From Candidatus Dormiibacterota bacterium (GTDB taxonomy: Bacteria > Chloroflexota > Dormibacteria > CF-121), in the NCBI GenBank assembly GCA_035936995.1, contig DASYVR010000025.1, positions 7,920 to 71,919 of the forward strand: a stretch of DNA of 64,000 bases, given 5' to 3'. Below are positions 1-8,931 of this stretch, piece after piece; the stretch's first letter is position 1, and every line of letters begins with the position of its first letter. The notes under the pieces were generated by a model. The model was not told the origin of the DNA. It ran no database searches and was given only the letters and a program-made list of their open reading frames with translations. A program made the position numbers and the translations under genes.

Positions 1-894
1 GGCCGGCTGACGACCGTCCGGACGCCGGGTGGCAGCATCGCCACGCGTTTTGTGGTCAACGCCGCGGGGGTTCAGTCCGACACCATCAGCGCGCTGGCCG
101 GCGGCGAGACCTTCCATATGTGGCCGCGTAAGGGCCAGTTCTGGATCCTCGACCGGGAATTCGGCTCCCGCCTGCAACACCTGGTGGTCGCGGTCCCCAC
201 GCCCATGACGCGCGGCGTGCTCGTCGTTCCGACGACCCACGGCTCGGCCTTACTCGGCCCGACTGCCGAGGACCTGCAGGATCGTTACGATCGGGCCACG
301 GTGCCGGAGACGCTCGACCGCGTCTTCGAGAAGGCGAAGGCGCTCGTGCCATCGGTTTCGCTCGACTACGCGATTAAGACGTTTGCCGGGGCGCGGCCGG
401 CCAGCGACCCGGTCTATCGCATCAAACGCGATCCGCAGGTGGCGAACCTGGTCCACGCGGCCGCCATCCGCTCCACAGGCGTCTCGTCGTCGCCGGCCGT
501 CGCCGACCTGGTCCTCGACCTGCTGCAGGAGGCCGGGCTCAGCGCCCGCGACCGCCCGGAGGCGAAGACCTCGATTGCTCCGGTCCCGCGCTTGCTCTTC
601 GCCGACAAACCGGAGTTTCTGCCGGCGCTCGATCCGCGCTACCGGCAGGTGGTCTGCGTCTGCGAGCAGGTGACGGCCGCGGAAATCGCCGCGGCCCTCT
701 CGGCGCGCGTGCCGGCGCGATCGATCGACGGCGTGCGCAAGCGGACGCGCGCCACCGGCGGCCGCTGCCAGGGTGCGGTCTGCATGGCCGGCGTCAGCTT
801 TCTCTGCTCACTGCATCTGGGATTGCTGCCCGAAGAAATTCCGCTCACCGCAACCGCGGGCTCGACGCTGGGGATCGGTCATGCTGCGACGTGA
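1..894 (+). CDS. FAD-dependent glycerol-3-phosphate dehydrogenase (GlpA/GlpD-like), C-terminal part; 5' end lies outside the window
   Basis: Frame is open from nt 1 to TGA 892-894. C-terminal BFD-like [2Fe-2S] cysteine pattern (CVCEQV ... GGRCQGAVC). Same operon as glycerol kinase. Confidence 0.7.
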   Translation, partial: GRLTTVRTPGGSIATRFVVNAAGVQSDTISALAGGETFHMWPRKGQFWILDREFGSRLQHLVVAVPTPMTRGVLVVPTTHGSALLGPTAEDLQDRYDRATVPETLDRVFEKAKALVPSVSLDYAIKTFAGARPASDPVYRIKRDPQVANLVHAAAIRSTGVSSSPAVADLVLDLLQEAGLSARDRPEAKTSIAPVPRLLFADKPEFLPALDPRYRQVVCVCEQVTAAEIAAALSARVPARSIDGVRKRTRATGGRCQGAVCMAGVSFLCSLHLGLLPEEIPLTATAGSTLGIGHAAT

Positions 895-1675
895 TGTCGT
901 TGTCGTCGGCGCCGGTGTCAGCGGACTGACGCTCGCGGGCGAGGTCGCGCGCCGGGCATCGGTCACCGTCATCGATCGGCTTCCCGCGGTCGGCGGGGTG
1001 CTCGGATACGAGGATCCCCTGGTCCGCGAGCTGCATGAGGTGACCGTTGCGCGACAGGTCGAGCTGCTGCTGGGAACGACGGCGCTTCGCTGGGTCGACA
1101 ACCGGCTGTTGGTCGCCGGCCCTCGAGGCATCGAATGGATTCCGGCAGGGTGCCTTGTGTTTTGTGGCGGAACGCGCCCCAGTACCGCCGCCGAGCTCGG
1201 CATCGGCGGCGACCGGCCGGCCGGGGTGTTCTCCGCCAGCGTGGCGATTCATCTGATGGAGGCCGGCGTCCGCCTTGGCAATTCGGTTGTCGTCGTGGGA
1301 TCCAGCGACTGGGCGGCGCGGGCCGCGTTTCACCTCGACCGCCAGGGAACCCACGCCGCCGTCGTCCTCGACCAGGAAGAACCGCGCTTCGGTGAGCGGC
1401 ACTGGTGCGGGTGGCGGCTGCTCGAGGTCCACGGGGCGGCTCGAGTCAGCCATGTGCTTCTGGCAAGGGACGGCTTTCGTCAGCGTATCGCCTGCGACGC
1501 CGTCGTGCTCGGCGCTCGCCTGAAGCCCCTACGCAACGTCGACGGTGCGGTGTTCGAGGGTCCAAACGTCATCTATCTGCAGGCGGTCGCCGAGGTCACC
1601 ACGGCCCGGCGCGTCGAGGCATTCGCGAGAGAGGCGTCGGGCCGGGTCCTCGCCGGTAAAGGAGGAACAGGATGA
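881..1675 (+). CDS. FAD/NAD(P)-binding oxidoreductase (partner subunit of the G3P dehydrogenase-like protein)
   Basis: ATG 881 overlaps the upstream stop. N-terminal dinucleotide-binding motif VVVVGAGVSGL. Track ORF 773..1675 trimmed to the internal Met. Confidence 0.7.
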   Translation: MLRRDVVVVGAGVSGLTLAGEVARRASVTVIDRLPAVGGVLGYEDPLVRELHEVTVARQVELLLGTTALRWVDNRLLVAGPRGIEWIPAGCLVFCGGTRPSTAAELGIGGDRPAGVFSASVAIHLMEAGVRLGNSVVVVGSSDWAARAAFHLDRQGTHAAVVLDQEEPRFGERHWCGWRLLEVHGAARVSHVLLARDGFRQRIACDAVVLGARLKPLRNVDGAVFEGPNVIYLQAVAEVTTARRVEAFAREASGRVLAGKGGTG

Positions 1676-1902
1676 AGGTGAGCTCTCCGGTTGGCGATTT
1701 TCCGTTCGAGGCGAAGCGGCTGTCGATCAAGAATGGTCGGATGGTGCTCGACGGGGCGATGGGCGCCTGGCCGGCCCGGGTCGAGATGGAACCGAAAGAC
1801 ATCATTTCTCTTGCTCGCCTGCTTCCATGGCCGGCGTTCGCCGTTGCCGGCATTACGCTAGCAAGCCTCGTCGGGCGCCGGCGCCGATCGACGTCAGCGT
1901 GA
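1672..1902 (+). CDS. small hypothetical protein, operon-embedded
   Basis: ATGA overlap with the upstream gene. SD AAAGGAGGA lies 6-14 nt upstream. GTGATG overlap with the downstream gntR. No family recognised. Confidence 0.45.
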   Translation: MKVSSPVGDFPFEAKRLSIKNGRMVLDGAMGAWPARVEMEPKDIISLARLLPWPAFAVAGITLASLVGRRRRSTSA

Positions 1903-2633
1903 TGGCAGAGGGCAACGGGCAGAGCCGCTTTCGCTATGAAGAGGCCCGCGACCAGATCGTGGCCTTCATCAGCGCCGAGCGCCTGACCCGGGGCCAGCGG
2001 CTCCCGACCGAGCGCCAGCTAGCCGAAACGCTCGGCGTCTCGCGGCCCACGCTCCGCCAGGCCCTCGAGCTGCTCGAGAAAGACGGCCTGATCGAACGGC
2101 GCCAGGGATCGGGAACCTACGTCGCCGAGCCTCGTGTCGCTGTCGATGTGCGGGTACTGGTCTCGCTGACCCGCAGCATCGTGGCGTCGGGCATGAGGCC
2201 GGGCGCGCGGGTCGTCACCTCCGAGGTGATCCCGGCGACGCGCCAGCTGGCGGCGCGGTTCGCCGTCGCGCCGCAGACCCCGCTGCAGCACTTCCAGCGC
2301 GTCCGCTATGCAGACGACCGGATCGTGGCCTTCGAACGATCCTGGTTCCCGGCATCGATCGCGCCCAACCTCAACGCCTTCGATCTCGAGCATCGATCGA
2401 TCTATGACGTACTCGAGCGCGAGTACGGCGTCAAGCTCCTTCGCGCCGAGCAGGAGTTTGACGCGTCGGTTGCCGATGACAAGGTGGCCGCGCTGCTCGA
2501 GTGCGAGCCCGGCGCCCCGCTGATGGTGGTTCACCGGCTCAGTATCGATTTCAGCGGGCAGCCAGTCGAATATGCCGTCGATCGATTCTTGCCCCTGCGC
2601 AGCGTCTTCAAGTCGACGGCCTTGGTGCCATGA
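1902..2633 (+). CDS. GntR/HutC-family transcriptional regulator (wHTH plus UTRA effector domain)
   Basis: Motif LPTERQLAETLGVSRPTLRQALELLEKDGLIERRQGSGTYV. The UTRA-like C-terminus ends in an ATGA overlap with glpK. Confidence 0.85.
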   Translation: MAEGNGQSRFRYEEARDQIVAFISAERLTRGQRLPTERQLAETLGVSRPTLRQALELLEKDGLIERRQGSGTYVAEPRVAVDVRVLVSLTRSIVASGMRPGARVVTSEVIPATRQLAARFAVAPQTPLQHFQRVRYADDRIVAFERSWFPASIAPNLNAFDLEHRSIYDVLEREYGVKLLRAEQEFDASVADDKVAALLECEPGAPLMVVHRLSIDFSGQPVEYAVDRFLPLRSVFKSTALVP

Positions 2634-4090
2634 GCCGGCGCTACCTGCTGGGGATCGACCAGGGGACCACCGGCACCAAAGCGGTCCTCTTCGACGACCA
2701 GCTTCAGGTGGTCGATGAGGCGTATGAGGCGATTCGCGTCGAGCACCCTCGATCCGGATGGGTGGAGCAGAACCCCGAGCAGCTCATCGAGAGCATCGCC
2801 CTGACGGTCAGGAAGGTGCTGCCGAGCGATGGCGAGGTGATTGCGGCAGGGCTCGATAATCAGGGCGAGACGATTGTCGCGTGGGATCGCGAGTCCGGCA
2901 AGGCGCTCGCGCCGGTCATTGTCTGGCAGGACAAGCGATCGCTCGAGATGGTCGACCGGCTCGAAGGATCGACACGAGGAAAGGAGATTTTCGAGCGCAG
3001 CCGCCTTCCCCTCGACCCGTACTTCTCCGCAAGCAAGTTCAGCTGGTTGATGGAGAATGCGCCCGAAGTCCAGGCCGCTCACCGGAACGGCAGCCTGGTG
3101 CTCGGCACCTCCGACGTCTGGCTGCGCTATCGGCTCGGAGCCGATGTCGCCACCGATCCAAGCACCGCCTCCCGGACGCAGCTCCTCGACCTGCTATCGG
3201 GACGCTGGGACGACCGGCTCCTGCGCGCGTTCGAGCTTGATCCTCGGGCGATGCCCGCGATCCACGCGACCACGGGCGACCTGGGCAACCTGTCTCACCC
3301 GGACTGGCCGGTCAGCATTCCCCTGCGCGCCAGCCTCGTCGACCAGCAAGCCGCGCTTGCCGGTCATGGCTGTTTCCAGAAGGGACAGGTCAAGGCCACT
3401 TATGGCACCGGCGTCTTCGTGTTGACGAACGCGGGGCCGGAGGTGCCGGCCATCGATGGCCTGCTTCCAACGATCGCCTGGCGGCTCGGCGACGAGCTGA
3501 CCTATGCGCTCGACGGCGGCGTCTTCACCGCCGGGACCATGGTTGACTGGCTTCGTGACGAGCTCGGGCTGTTCGGCGATGCCGCGCAGACCGGTGCCCT
3601 CGCCATGTCGGTGGAGGACGCGGGCGGGGTGCAGTTTCTGCCGGCGCTGGCCGGACTCGGCGCGCCCTGGTGGCGGGCCGACGCAGCCGGTGTGATCGCG
3701 GGATTGCGCTCCTCGACGCGCAAGGCGCACATCGTGCGCGCCGCGCTGGAGGGCATCGCGCAGCGCGTCGCCGACATCGTCGACCGGATCCGCGAGCGGT
3801 TCGACGTTCCCTCGATGTCGATCGACGGCGGACTGACGAAGAATGCCTTCCTGGTCCAGTACCAGGCCGACCTACTCGGCATCCCGGTGCTGCGCCCGTC
3901 GACGACCGAGGCGACCGCGCTTGGGGCCGCGGCTCTGGCCGGGGTCGGCGCGGGAGTCTTTGGCGGGCTCATTGAGCTGCAGGAGTCACTGCGAGCGGCG
4001 AGCTCAGTCGATCCCGGCAAGTCGGTAGACTGGCGCCGTCGGCAGCGAGACTCGTGGCAAGAGTTTGTGACGAGGCAGACCAGACGCTGA
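2630..4090 (+). CDS. glpK: glycerol kinase (FGGY carbohydrate kinase family)
   Basis: N-terminal LGIDQGTTGTKAV, DPYFSASKFSWL, DQQAALAGHGC, TYGTGVFVL and GLGAPWW are collinear with my recollection of E. coli GlpK. Track ORF 2501.. trimmed to Met 2630. Confidence 0.85.
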   Translation: MSRRYLLGIDQGTTGTKAVLFDDQLQVVDEAYEAIRVEHPRSGWVEQNPEQLIESIALTVRKVLPSDGEVIAAGLDNQGETIVAWDRESGKALAPVIVWQDKRSLEMVDRLEGSTRGKEIFERSRLPLDPYFSASKFSWLMENAPEVQAAHRNGSLVLGTSDVWLRYRLGADVATDPSTASRTQLLDLLSGRWDDRLLRAFELDPRAMPAIHATTGDLGNLSHPDWPVSIPLRASLVDQQAALAGHGCFQKGQVKATYGTGVFVLTNAGPEVPAIDGLLPTIAWRLGDELTYALDGGVFTAGTMVDWLRDELGLFGDAAQTGALAMSVEDAGGVQFLPALAGLGAPWWRADAAGVIAGLRSSTRKAHIVRAALEGIAQRVADIVDRIRERFDVPSMSIDGGLTKNAFLVQYQADLLGIPVLRPSTTEATALGAAALAGVGAGVFGGLIELQESLRAASSVDPGKSVDWRRRQRDSWQEFVTRQTRR

Positions 4091-4102
4091 GGAGGGAAGC
4101 AG

Positions 4103-4480
4103 ATGCTTGGGGATTATCCGATTGACGTGGTGTTGCTGGCGCCCGATCTCGAGGCGTCCAAGGATTTCTACGCGAACAAGATCGGCTTGAAGATCCTCAA
4201 CGACAATCCCGGGGCGGTGACCTTCAAATCCGGGGGCGACAGCCGGTTCACGGTGACGAAGAGCACCGTCGGGACCAAAGACGATCAGACTCAAGCGGCG
4301 TTCCGGGTGAAGGATGTCCGGGCTGAAGTAGCCGAACTCCGCCGCCGCGGAGTCAAGATCGAGGACTACGACATGCCCGGTCTGAAGACCGTCGACGGCA
4401 TCGCCGATATCGGCTTCGCCTGGATGGCCTGGTTCATCGACCCGGGCAAGAACTGCGTCGGAATGATCCAGGTCAAATAA
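4103..4480 (+). CDS. VOC (glyoxalase/bleomycin-resistance/dioxygenase) family protein
   Basis: 125 aa with the beta-alpha-beta-beta-beta type sequence pattern (LEASKDFYANKIGL ... WFIDPGKNCVGM). Confidence 0.75.
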   Translation: MLGDYPIDVVLLAPDLEASKDFYANKIGLKILNDNPGAVTFKSGGDSRFTVTKSTVGTKDDQTQAAFRVKDVRAEVAELRRRGVKIEDYDMPGLKTVDGIADIGFAWMAWFIDPGKNCVGMIQVK

Positions 4481-4485
4481 GAGTT

Positions 4486-4941
4486 ATGAGCGCTGATCAG
4501 TCGACCCCGCGACGACCGCCGCCGGGGCAGATCCCGGCTGATATGAACGCGTTCAATCGGAAGGTGATCGAGGATTTCCGCGCCAATGGTGGGCAGCTGA
4601 GCGGCCCGTTGGCGGGCCGCACGCTGATCCTGTTAACGACGACGGGCGCAAAGTCGGGGAAGGAGCGGACGGCGGTGCTCGGCTTTGGGAAGGATGGTGA
4701 TCGCTACGTGGTGATCGCCTCGGGCAACGGCGCCCCGTCCCACCCAGCCTGGTACCAGAATCTGCTTGCTCGGCCGATTGCGACGGTCGAGCTTGGTCCA
4801 GACAAGTTCAAGGTCCGCGCCCGGACCGCTCGCGCTGAAGAGCGAGAGAAGCTCACGCCCCTGGTGCCCTACATCGTGCAGCAGCAGACGCTGACCAAGC
4901 GCGAGATCCCGATCGTCGTCCTCGATCGCGCGGTCGACTAG
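4486..4941 (+). CDS. deazaflavin(F420)-dependent nitroreductase family protein (DDN/DUF385 type), paralogue 1
   Basis: Motifs GAKSGKERTAVLGF ... PAWYQNLLARP ... REIPIVVL are typical of the DDN family. Confidence 0.8.
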   Translation: MSADQSTPRRPPPGQIPADMNAFNRKVIEDFRANGGQLSGPLAGRTLILLTTTGAKSGKERTAVLGFGKDGDRYVVIASGNGAPSHPAWYQNLLARPIATVELGPDKFKVRARTARAEEREKLTPLVPYIVQQQTLTKREIPIVVLDRAVD

Positions 4942-7064
4942 GCCGGCGAATCCCGAGTCGGAGCTGCCGGGAGGCTTCCGCTCAAGCGCGTGCCCGAGCC
5001 CGGCCGGGAGTCGATGGCGAATGTTCCGCCCAGGGCATCGAGGCGGTCGGCCAGGTTCCTCAGTCCCGTCCCCCTGGGCGTGCTGCCGGGATCGAAGCCG
5101 CCTCCATCATCTTCGACCGCGAATCGAAGCTGGCCGTTGTCCTGCGCGAGGGAGACGGTGACGGCTGAGGCACCGGCATACTTCTGGACATTCTGCAGCG
5201 CCTCGAGGCAGCAGAAGTAGACGGTGGCCTCGACCTCGGGTGCGTAGCGGCCGACTCCCTCGGCCCGCACCCGGACCGGCACGGTGGCCTTGCGCGCCTG
5301 GGTTTGCAGTGCGGCACCCAACCCCTGGTCGGCGAGCATCGGGGGATAGATCCCCCGGGCGAGGTCGCGCAGCGTCTCGATCGCCTCGTTCGCGTCCTTG
5401 TCGAGGTCACCCAACAGCATGGCCACCTGCCCGGGATCCTTCAAGCTGAGCGATCGGGCCAGACTGAGCTTCACGCGCAGCGCGACCAGGTTCTGCTGGG
5501 CGCCGTCATGGAGGTTGCGCTCCAGCCGGCGGCGCTCGGCATCCTGGGCAGTGACAAGCCGCTGCCGCGAGGCCCGCAGCTCATCGACGTGCTGGCGCAA
5601 CTCCTCGGTGAGGGCGACGTTGCGTAGAACCAGCCCGGCTTCATTGGCGAGATCTTCGACCAGCTTGACCTCGATTGGGCTCAGCGCGTCACCGGGTCGC
5701 TTGACCAGGGCCAGGGCGCCAAGCAGCTCGTCAGCGTGCCGCACCGGGACCACCTGGGAGGAGCCCGGAATCGTTGGAAGATCGATGCCGCTAATCGGGA
5801 GCGAGGGCGTCTCGCCCGTTGCCGTTGGCCATGCTGCCGCGCGTCGCAAGTCCCCGCCGAGCCGAAGCCAGACCTCGGCGCGCACGGCTCCCGTGCCCTG
5901 CGCCAGGACCTGCGCCATCCGTGGTAGGAGGTCTTCGCCATAGGCCTCCGCCACGCGGCGACTCATTCCGCTGAGCACCTCGTAGGGTGACGCACGCCGG
6001 CCATAGACGAGTCGGTCGGCGAGGTGTTGGAGGCGAGAACGGACGGGTTGGAACGCCAGGGCCACGATAGCAGTGGCGATCACGGAGAGGAAGACGTTCG
6101 CGCTGTTGCCGCGCCCCACCAGCGAGCCAATTCCGACGACAACGGCGAGGTAAATCGTCGTGATGAGCGCGGCGAGCGCCGCATAGGTGACCGTTCGGCT
6201 GATCACCACGTCGAATTCGTAGAGGCGGTAACGCAGGATCGCCACCCCTGTCGCGGTGGCTACCGAAAGCATCCCGATCGCCCCGAGCACGCTGTCCAAC
6301 GGTCGGACGCCGGCCAGGGCCGGAACGCTATCCAACACGGCGCTCGAAAGGGCAGCGCTCGCCAGGATGATGGCGGCGAAACCGAACAACCTGAGCTGCT
6401 GGCGCTCATCGCCGGCTGATCGACGCAGGCGGACGACCATCGAGACCGCCGCCAGCGCGAGGATCGCCGCCCAGGCGGGAAAGAAATAGGGACCCAGTGG
6501 GACGAGAAAACGGAGGGCATCCACCCCGAACGGATTGTGGTCGAGGAGGATCGCGTTCCCAAGGCCACCGGTCATCGGCGCCGGGGCAAGTGCCCCCGCC
6601 GTGATCGCGAAGAGAGGCAGGAAGCCCGCCAGCCAGGCGACGGGTCGCCACCGGGGAGAGAGAAGCTTGCCATTCGGAAAGAGGAGCACGATGAGGGTCA
6701 GCACGCCGATGCCAAGAATGGCGAGCGAGGTCGATAGCCAGATGCTGAATTCGCCAGCCGGCCAGTTGTTCAGCCCACCGTGCAGCGTCTGGATGCCGTA
6801 CTCAGAAGTGGCGACAGCGAGGGTGGAAAAAACGCCGGCCGCGCAGAACAGCCACCCGAGCGGGTTCTCGGGCCGGCGCGGCGTCACTAGGGCGCCGACG
6901 ATGGAGAAGCCGAGAAACGACAGGGCGAAGACGTATTCCTGGGGGGCGATCTGAATGTTCGCGGGCGCTTTAAAGCCGAGGAGAAGCACGAGGGTGACAA
7001 GAACGGAAAGCCCGGAGAGAATGAGGCTTCCCCAGGCGATCACCTTCGCGACGCGTGGGTTCAT
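4938..7064 (-). CDS. sensor histidine kinase: polytopic membrane domain, GAF-like domain, HisKA_3 and HATPase_c
   Basis: H-box ERRRLERNLHDGAQQNLVAL (HisKA_3). N/G boxes EALQNVQKYAGA, DDGGGFD, GTGLRNLADR. Start ATG 7062-7064 overlaps (ATGA) the stop of the cupredoxin gene. The 985-aa track ORF is over-extended. Confidence 0.85.
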   Translation of the reverse strand: MNPRVAKVIAWGSLILSGLSVLVTLVLLLGFKAPANIQIAPQEYVFALSFLGFSIVGALVTPRRPENPLGWLFCAAGVFSTLAVATSEYGIQTLHGGLNNWPAGEFSIWLSTSLAILGIGVLTLIVLLFPNGKLLSPRWRPVAWLAGFLPLFAITAGALAPAPMTGGLGNAILLDHNPFGVDALRFLVPLGPYFFPAWAAILALAAVSMVVRLRRSAGDERQQLRLFGFAAIILASAALSSAVLDSVPALAGVRPLDSVLGAIGMLSVATATGVAILRYRLYEFDVVISRTVTYAALAALITTIYLAVVVGIGSLVGRGNSANVFLSVIATAIVALAFQPVRSRLQHLADRLVYGRRASPYEVLSGMSRRVAEAYGEDLLPRMAQVLAQGTGAVRAEVWLRLGGDLRRAAAWPTATGETPSLPISGIDLPTIPGSSQVVPVRHADELLGALALVKRPGDALSPIEVKLVEDLANEAGLVLRNVALTEELRQHVDELRASRQRLVTAQDAERRRLERNLHDGAQQNLVALRVKLSLARSLSLKDPGQVAMLLGDLDKDANEAIETLRDLARGIYPPMLADQGLGAALQTQARKATVPVRVRAEGVGRYAPEVEATVYFCCLEALQNVQKYAGASAVTVSLAQDNGQLRFAVEDDGGGFDPGSTPRGTGLRNLADRLDALGGTFAIDSRPGSGTRLSGSLPAAPTRDSPA

Positions 7065-7822
7065 TGGATGACGAGTGTGCCTCGCATGCCGATCTGTTTG
7101 TGGCCGGGGATGGCGCAGAAGAACTCGTAGCTCCCCGGCGCGGCGGTGAAGCTGACCCGGCGGTGGCCCTTGACCGGGGCCTGGATGTCGACGTTCAGCC
7201 CTGGCACGGTGAAGGTGTGCCAGAAGAGGTCGTTGTTCGTGAAGTCGACCGTCACCGTGCCCTGATCCCCGCTGAGTGTGGTCGTCGAGAAGCGGGCATT
7301 GGTGGCGGCGATGACCAGGTCTCCCGCCCGAGCCGAGTTGTTGCCCGAGCCGGTGACGGCGGCGACCCCGGCGATCAGCAGCACCACCGCGAACGCGGCC
7401 GCCGCCAGCCCCCGCGCGACGCCGCGTCCGGCCGCCATCTTCCCGCGAGAGAGGAGGAAGCCGGCCGTTGCCACCAGGCCGACGATCGCCGTCGTGCCCA
7501 TGGCGCCGGGCAGCAGGATCGATCCGAGCGACTCGTGGTTGAGCGCGTTGCTGAGCGCGGCGGGGACCATCCAAATGGCGACGTCGACGAACACCAGGCC
7601 GCGGACGGCCACCGGGATGGCCCGTCCCGGCCTGAGCAGGATCCAACCGAGGGTCAGCAGGACGACGACGGCGAGCGTCAGGGCCTCGGCGTCGCGGAGG
7701 TACGCACCGGCCGCCACCAGCAGACCCGTTTCGACGACGGCCGCGACCTGCACCAGCCAGAACCAGCCATACTCGCGTCGCGGCGCGGTCCGGGTCATCC
7801 TGGCGGTAACCGCTGTCTCCAT
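7061..7822 (-). CDS. membrane protein with C-terminal type-1 copper (cupredoxin) domain
   Basis: Several N-terminal TM helices, then FWHTFTV ... FFCAIPGHKQIGMRGTLVI (His/Cys/His/Met ligand pattern). Stop overlaps the kinase start. Confidence 0.7.
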   Translation of the reverse strand: METAVTARMTRTAPRREYGWFWLVQVAAVVETGLLVAAGAYLRDAEALTLAVVVLLTLGWILLRPGRAIPVAVRGLVFVDVAIWMVPAALSNALNHESLGSILLPGAMGTTAIVGLVATAGFLLSRGKMAAGRGVARGLAAAAFAVVLLIAGVAAVTGSGNNSARAGDLVIAATNARFSTTTLSGDQGTVTVDFTNNDLFWHTFTVPGLNVDIQAPVKGHRRVSFTAAPGSYEFFCAIPGHKQIGMRGTLVIQ

Positions 7823-7937
7823 GGGCTGTATTGTCGCGCCCGCCGGGAAGCGCGAAATGATGCTGGCCGAACTCTTTTGCGGCGGTTGTCCCCACCCCGC
7901 GCGGGTGGCGTCCGCCCGCCGGGGATGGTGCTAAGAG

Positions 7938-8918
7938 CTAGGCGACGAGCAGCGCCGTCAGCTGCGCCGGCGTGATATTCGAGCCGCTGAGAACCAACGC
8001 GATCCGTCTTCCCCGAAGGTGCTCCTTCAGCCGAAGCGCCGCCGCCAGCGACGCGGCGCCGGCGAGCTCCGCCAGGTTTCGGGTGGTCTCAATCATCAGC
8101 CGCACCGCGGTGCCCAGCTCGGCATCCGGAACGAGGAGAAAGTCATCGAGTTTCTCCCAGAGGATGCGCTGCGGCAGCTCGAAGGCGGTGCGCGTCGCCA
8201 GCCCCTCGGCGATCGTGCCCATCCGGTCCTCCAGCAAACGACGCGCCTTCCACGACCGATAGGCGGCTGGCGCCTCGGCCGACTGGACGCCGATCACCTG
8301 GATCTTCGGATTGATCGCCTTGGCCACGATGCACGTCCCCGCCGCGCCGCTCCCTCCGCCGATCGGCACGATGATCACCTCGATGTCAGGCTGGCGCTCG
8401 AGGATCTCCAGCGCCTGGGTCCCGACACCGGCGATCAGATCCGGCTCGTTGCCGGAATGGATGTAGCGGTAGCCATGCTCGCTGGCCAGACGGGCGCAGT
8501 GCTCCCGAGCCTCATCGAAGTCGACGCCGTGGGTCACGATCTCGGCTTTGAGTCCGCGGATCGAGCTCACCTTTACCGGGTTTGCCCCCTCGGGCACGCA
8601 CACGATGGCGCGCACCCCGAAGAGTCGGGCGGCGTAGGCGATCGATTGACCGTGGTTCCCGGTGGAGGCGGTGATGACGCCGCGTCGGCGCTCCGCGTCG
8701 GAGAGCCGCGCTAGCAGGTTGATCCCGCCGCGGATCTTGAAGGCACAGATCGGCTGGTGGTTCTCGTGCTTGACCCAGGTCTCCGTCCCGACCAGCTCAT
8801 CGAGCGCCGGATAGCGGTGCAGCGCGGTCGGTGGGAGGTATCGGCTAATCCGCTCGCGCGCCGCGAGCACGTCGTTGAAACTGGGAACAACCATTGCCGC
8901 TGCGGCCGCCTCGGCCAT
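7938..8918 (-). CDS. PLP-dependent threonine/serine dehydratase (no ACT regulatory domain)
   Basis: Lys motif ICAFKIRGG, STGNHGQS and the GGGSGAAG glycine loop. 326 aa. Confidence 0.8.
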   Translation of the reverse strand: MAEAAAAAMVVPSFNDVLAARERISRYLPPTALHRYPALDELVGTETWVKHENHQPICAFKIRGGINLLARLSDAERRRGVITASTGNHGQSIAYAARLFGVRAIVCVPEGANPVKVSSIRGLKAEIVTHGVDFDEAREHCARLASEHGYRYIHSGNEPDLIAGVGTQALEILERQPDIEVIIVPIGGGSGAAGTCIVAKAINPKIQVIGVQSAEAPAAYRSWKARRLLEDRMGTIAEGLATRTAFELPQRILWEKLDDFLLVPDAELGTAVRLMIETTRNLAELAGAASLAAALRLKEHLRGRRIALVLSGSNITPAQLTALLVA

Positions 8919-8931
8919 CAGCGAAGCATAC

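Noticed and set aside
1672-1902. Small ORF after the two G3P-dehydrogenase-like genes as the DUF1667-type third subunit
   Set aside because: It has none of the Cys-rich pattern I associate with that family. It is kept only as a hypothetical protein on positional grounds (SD plus overlaps).
4938-7895. 985-aa ORF suggesting a giant kinase with a 277-aa Arg/Gly/Pro-rich N-terminal extension
   Set aside because: The extension has GC-rich off-frame composition (RRRR/GGG runs). It overlaps, in another frame, a well-formed cupredoxin membrane-protein ORF (7061..7822). The kinase has a clean ATG at 7064 in an ATGA overlap with that gene.
7889-7930. CCCCACCCCGCGCGGGTGG...GGGGATGG between the threonine dehydratase and cupredoxin genes, and CACCCTTCCCGAACCGCGCGAGGGA at 37779-37806, as extra repeat copies
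   Set aside because: They share only the CCCCACCC / CACCCT start and a short stem. The first may simply be the dehydratase terminator hairpin (CCACCC-CGCGC-GGGTGG). They were not counted in the family statistics. A genome-wide model could revisit them.
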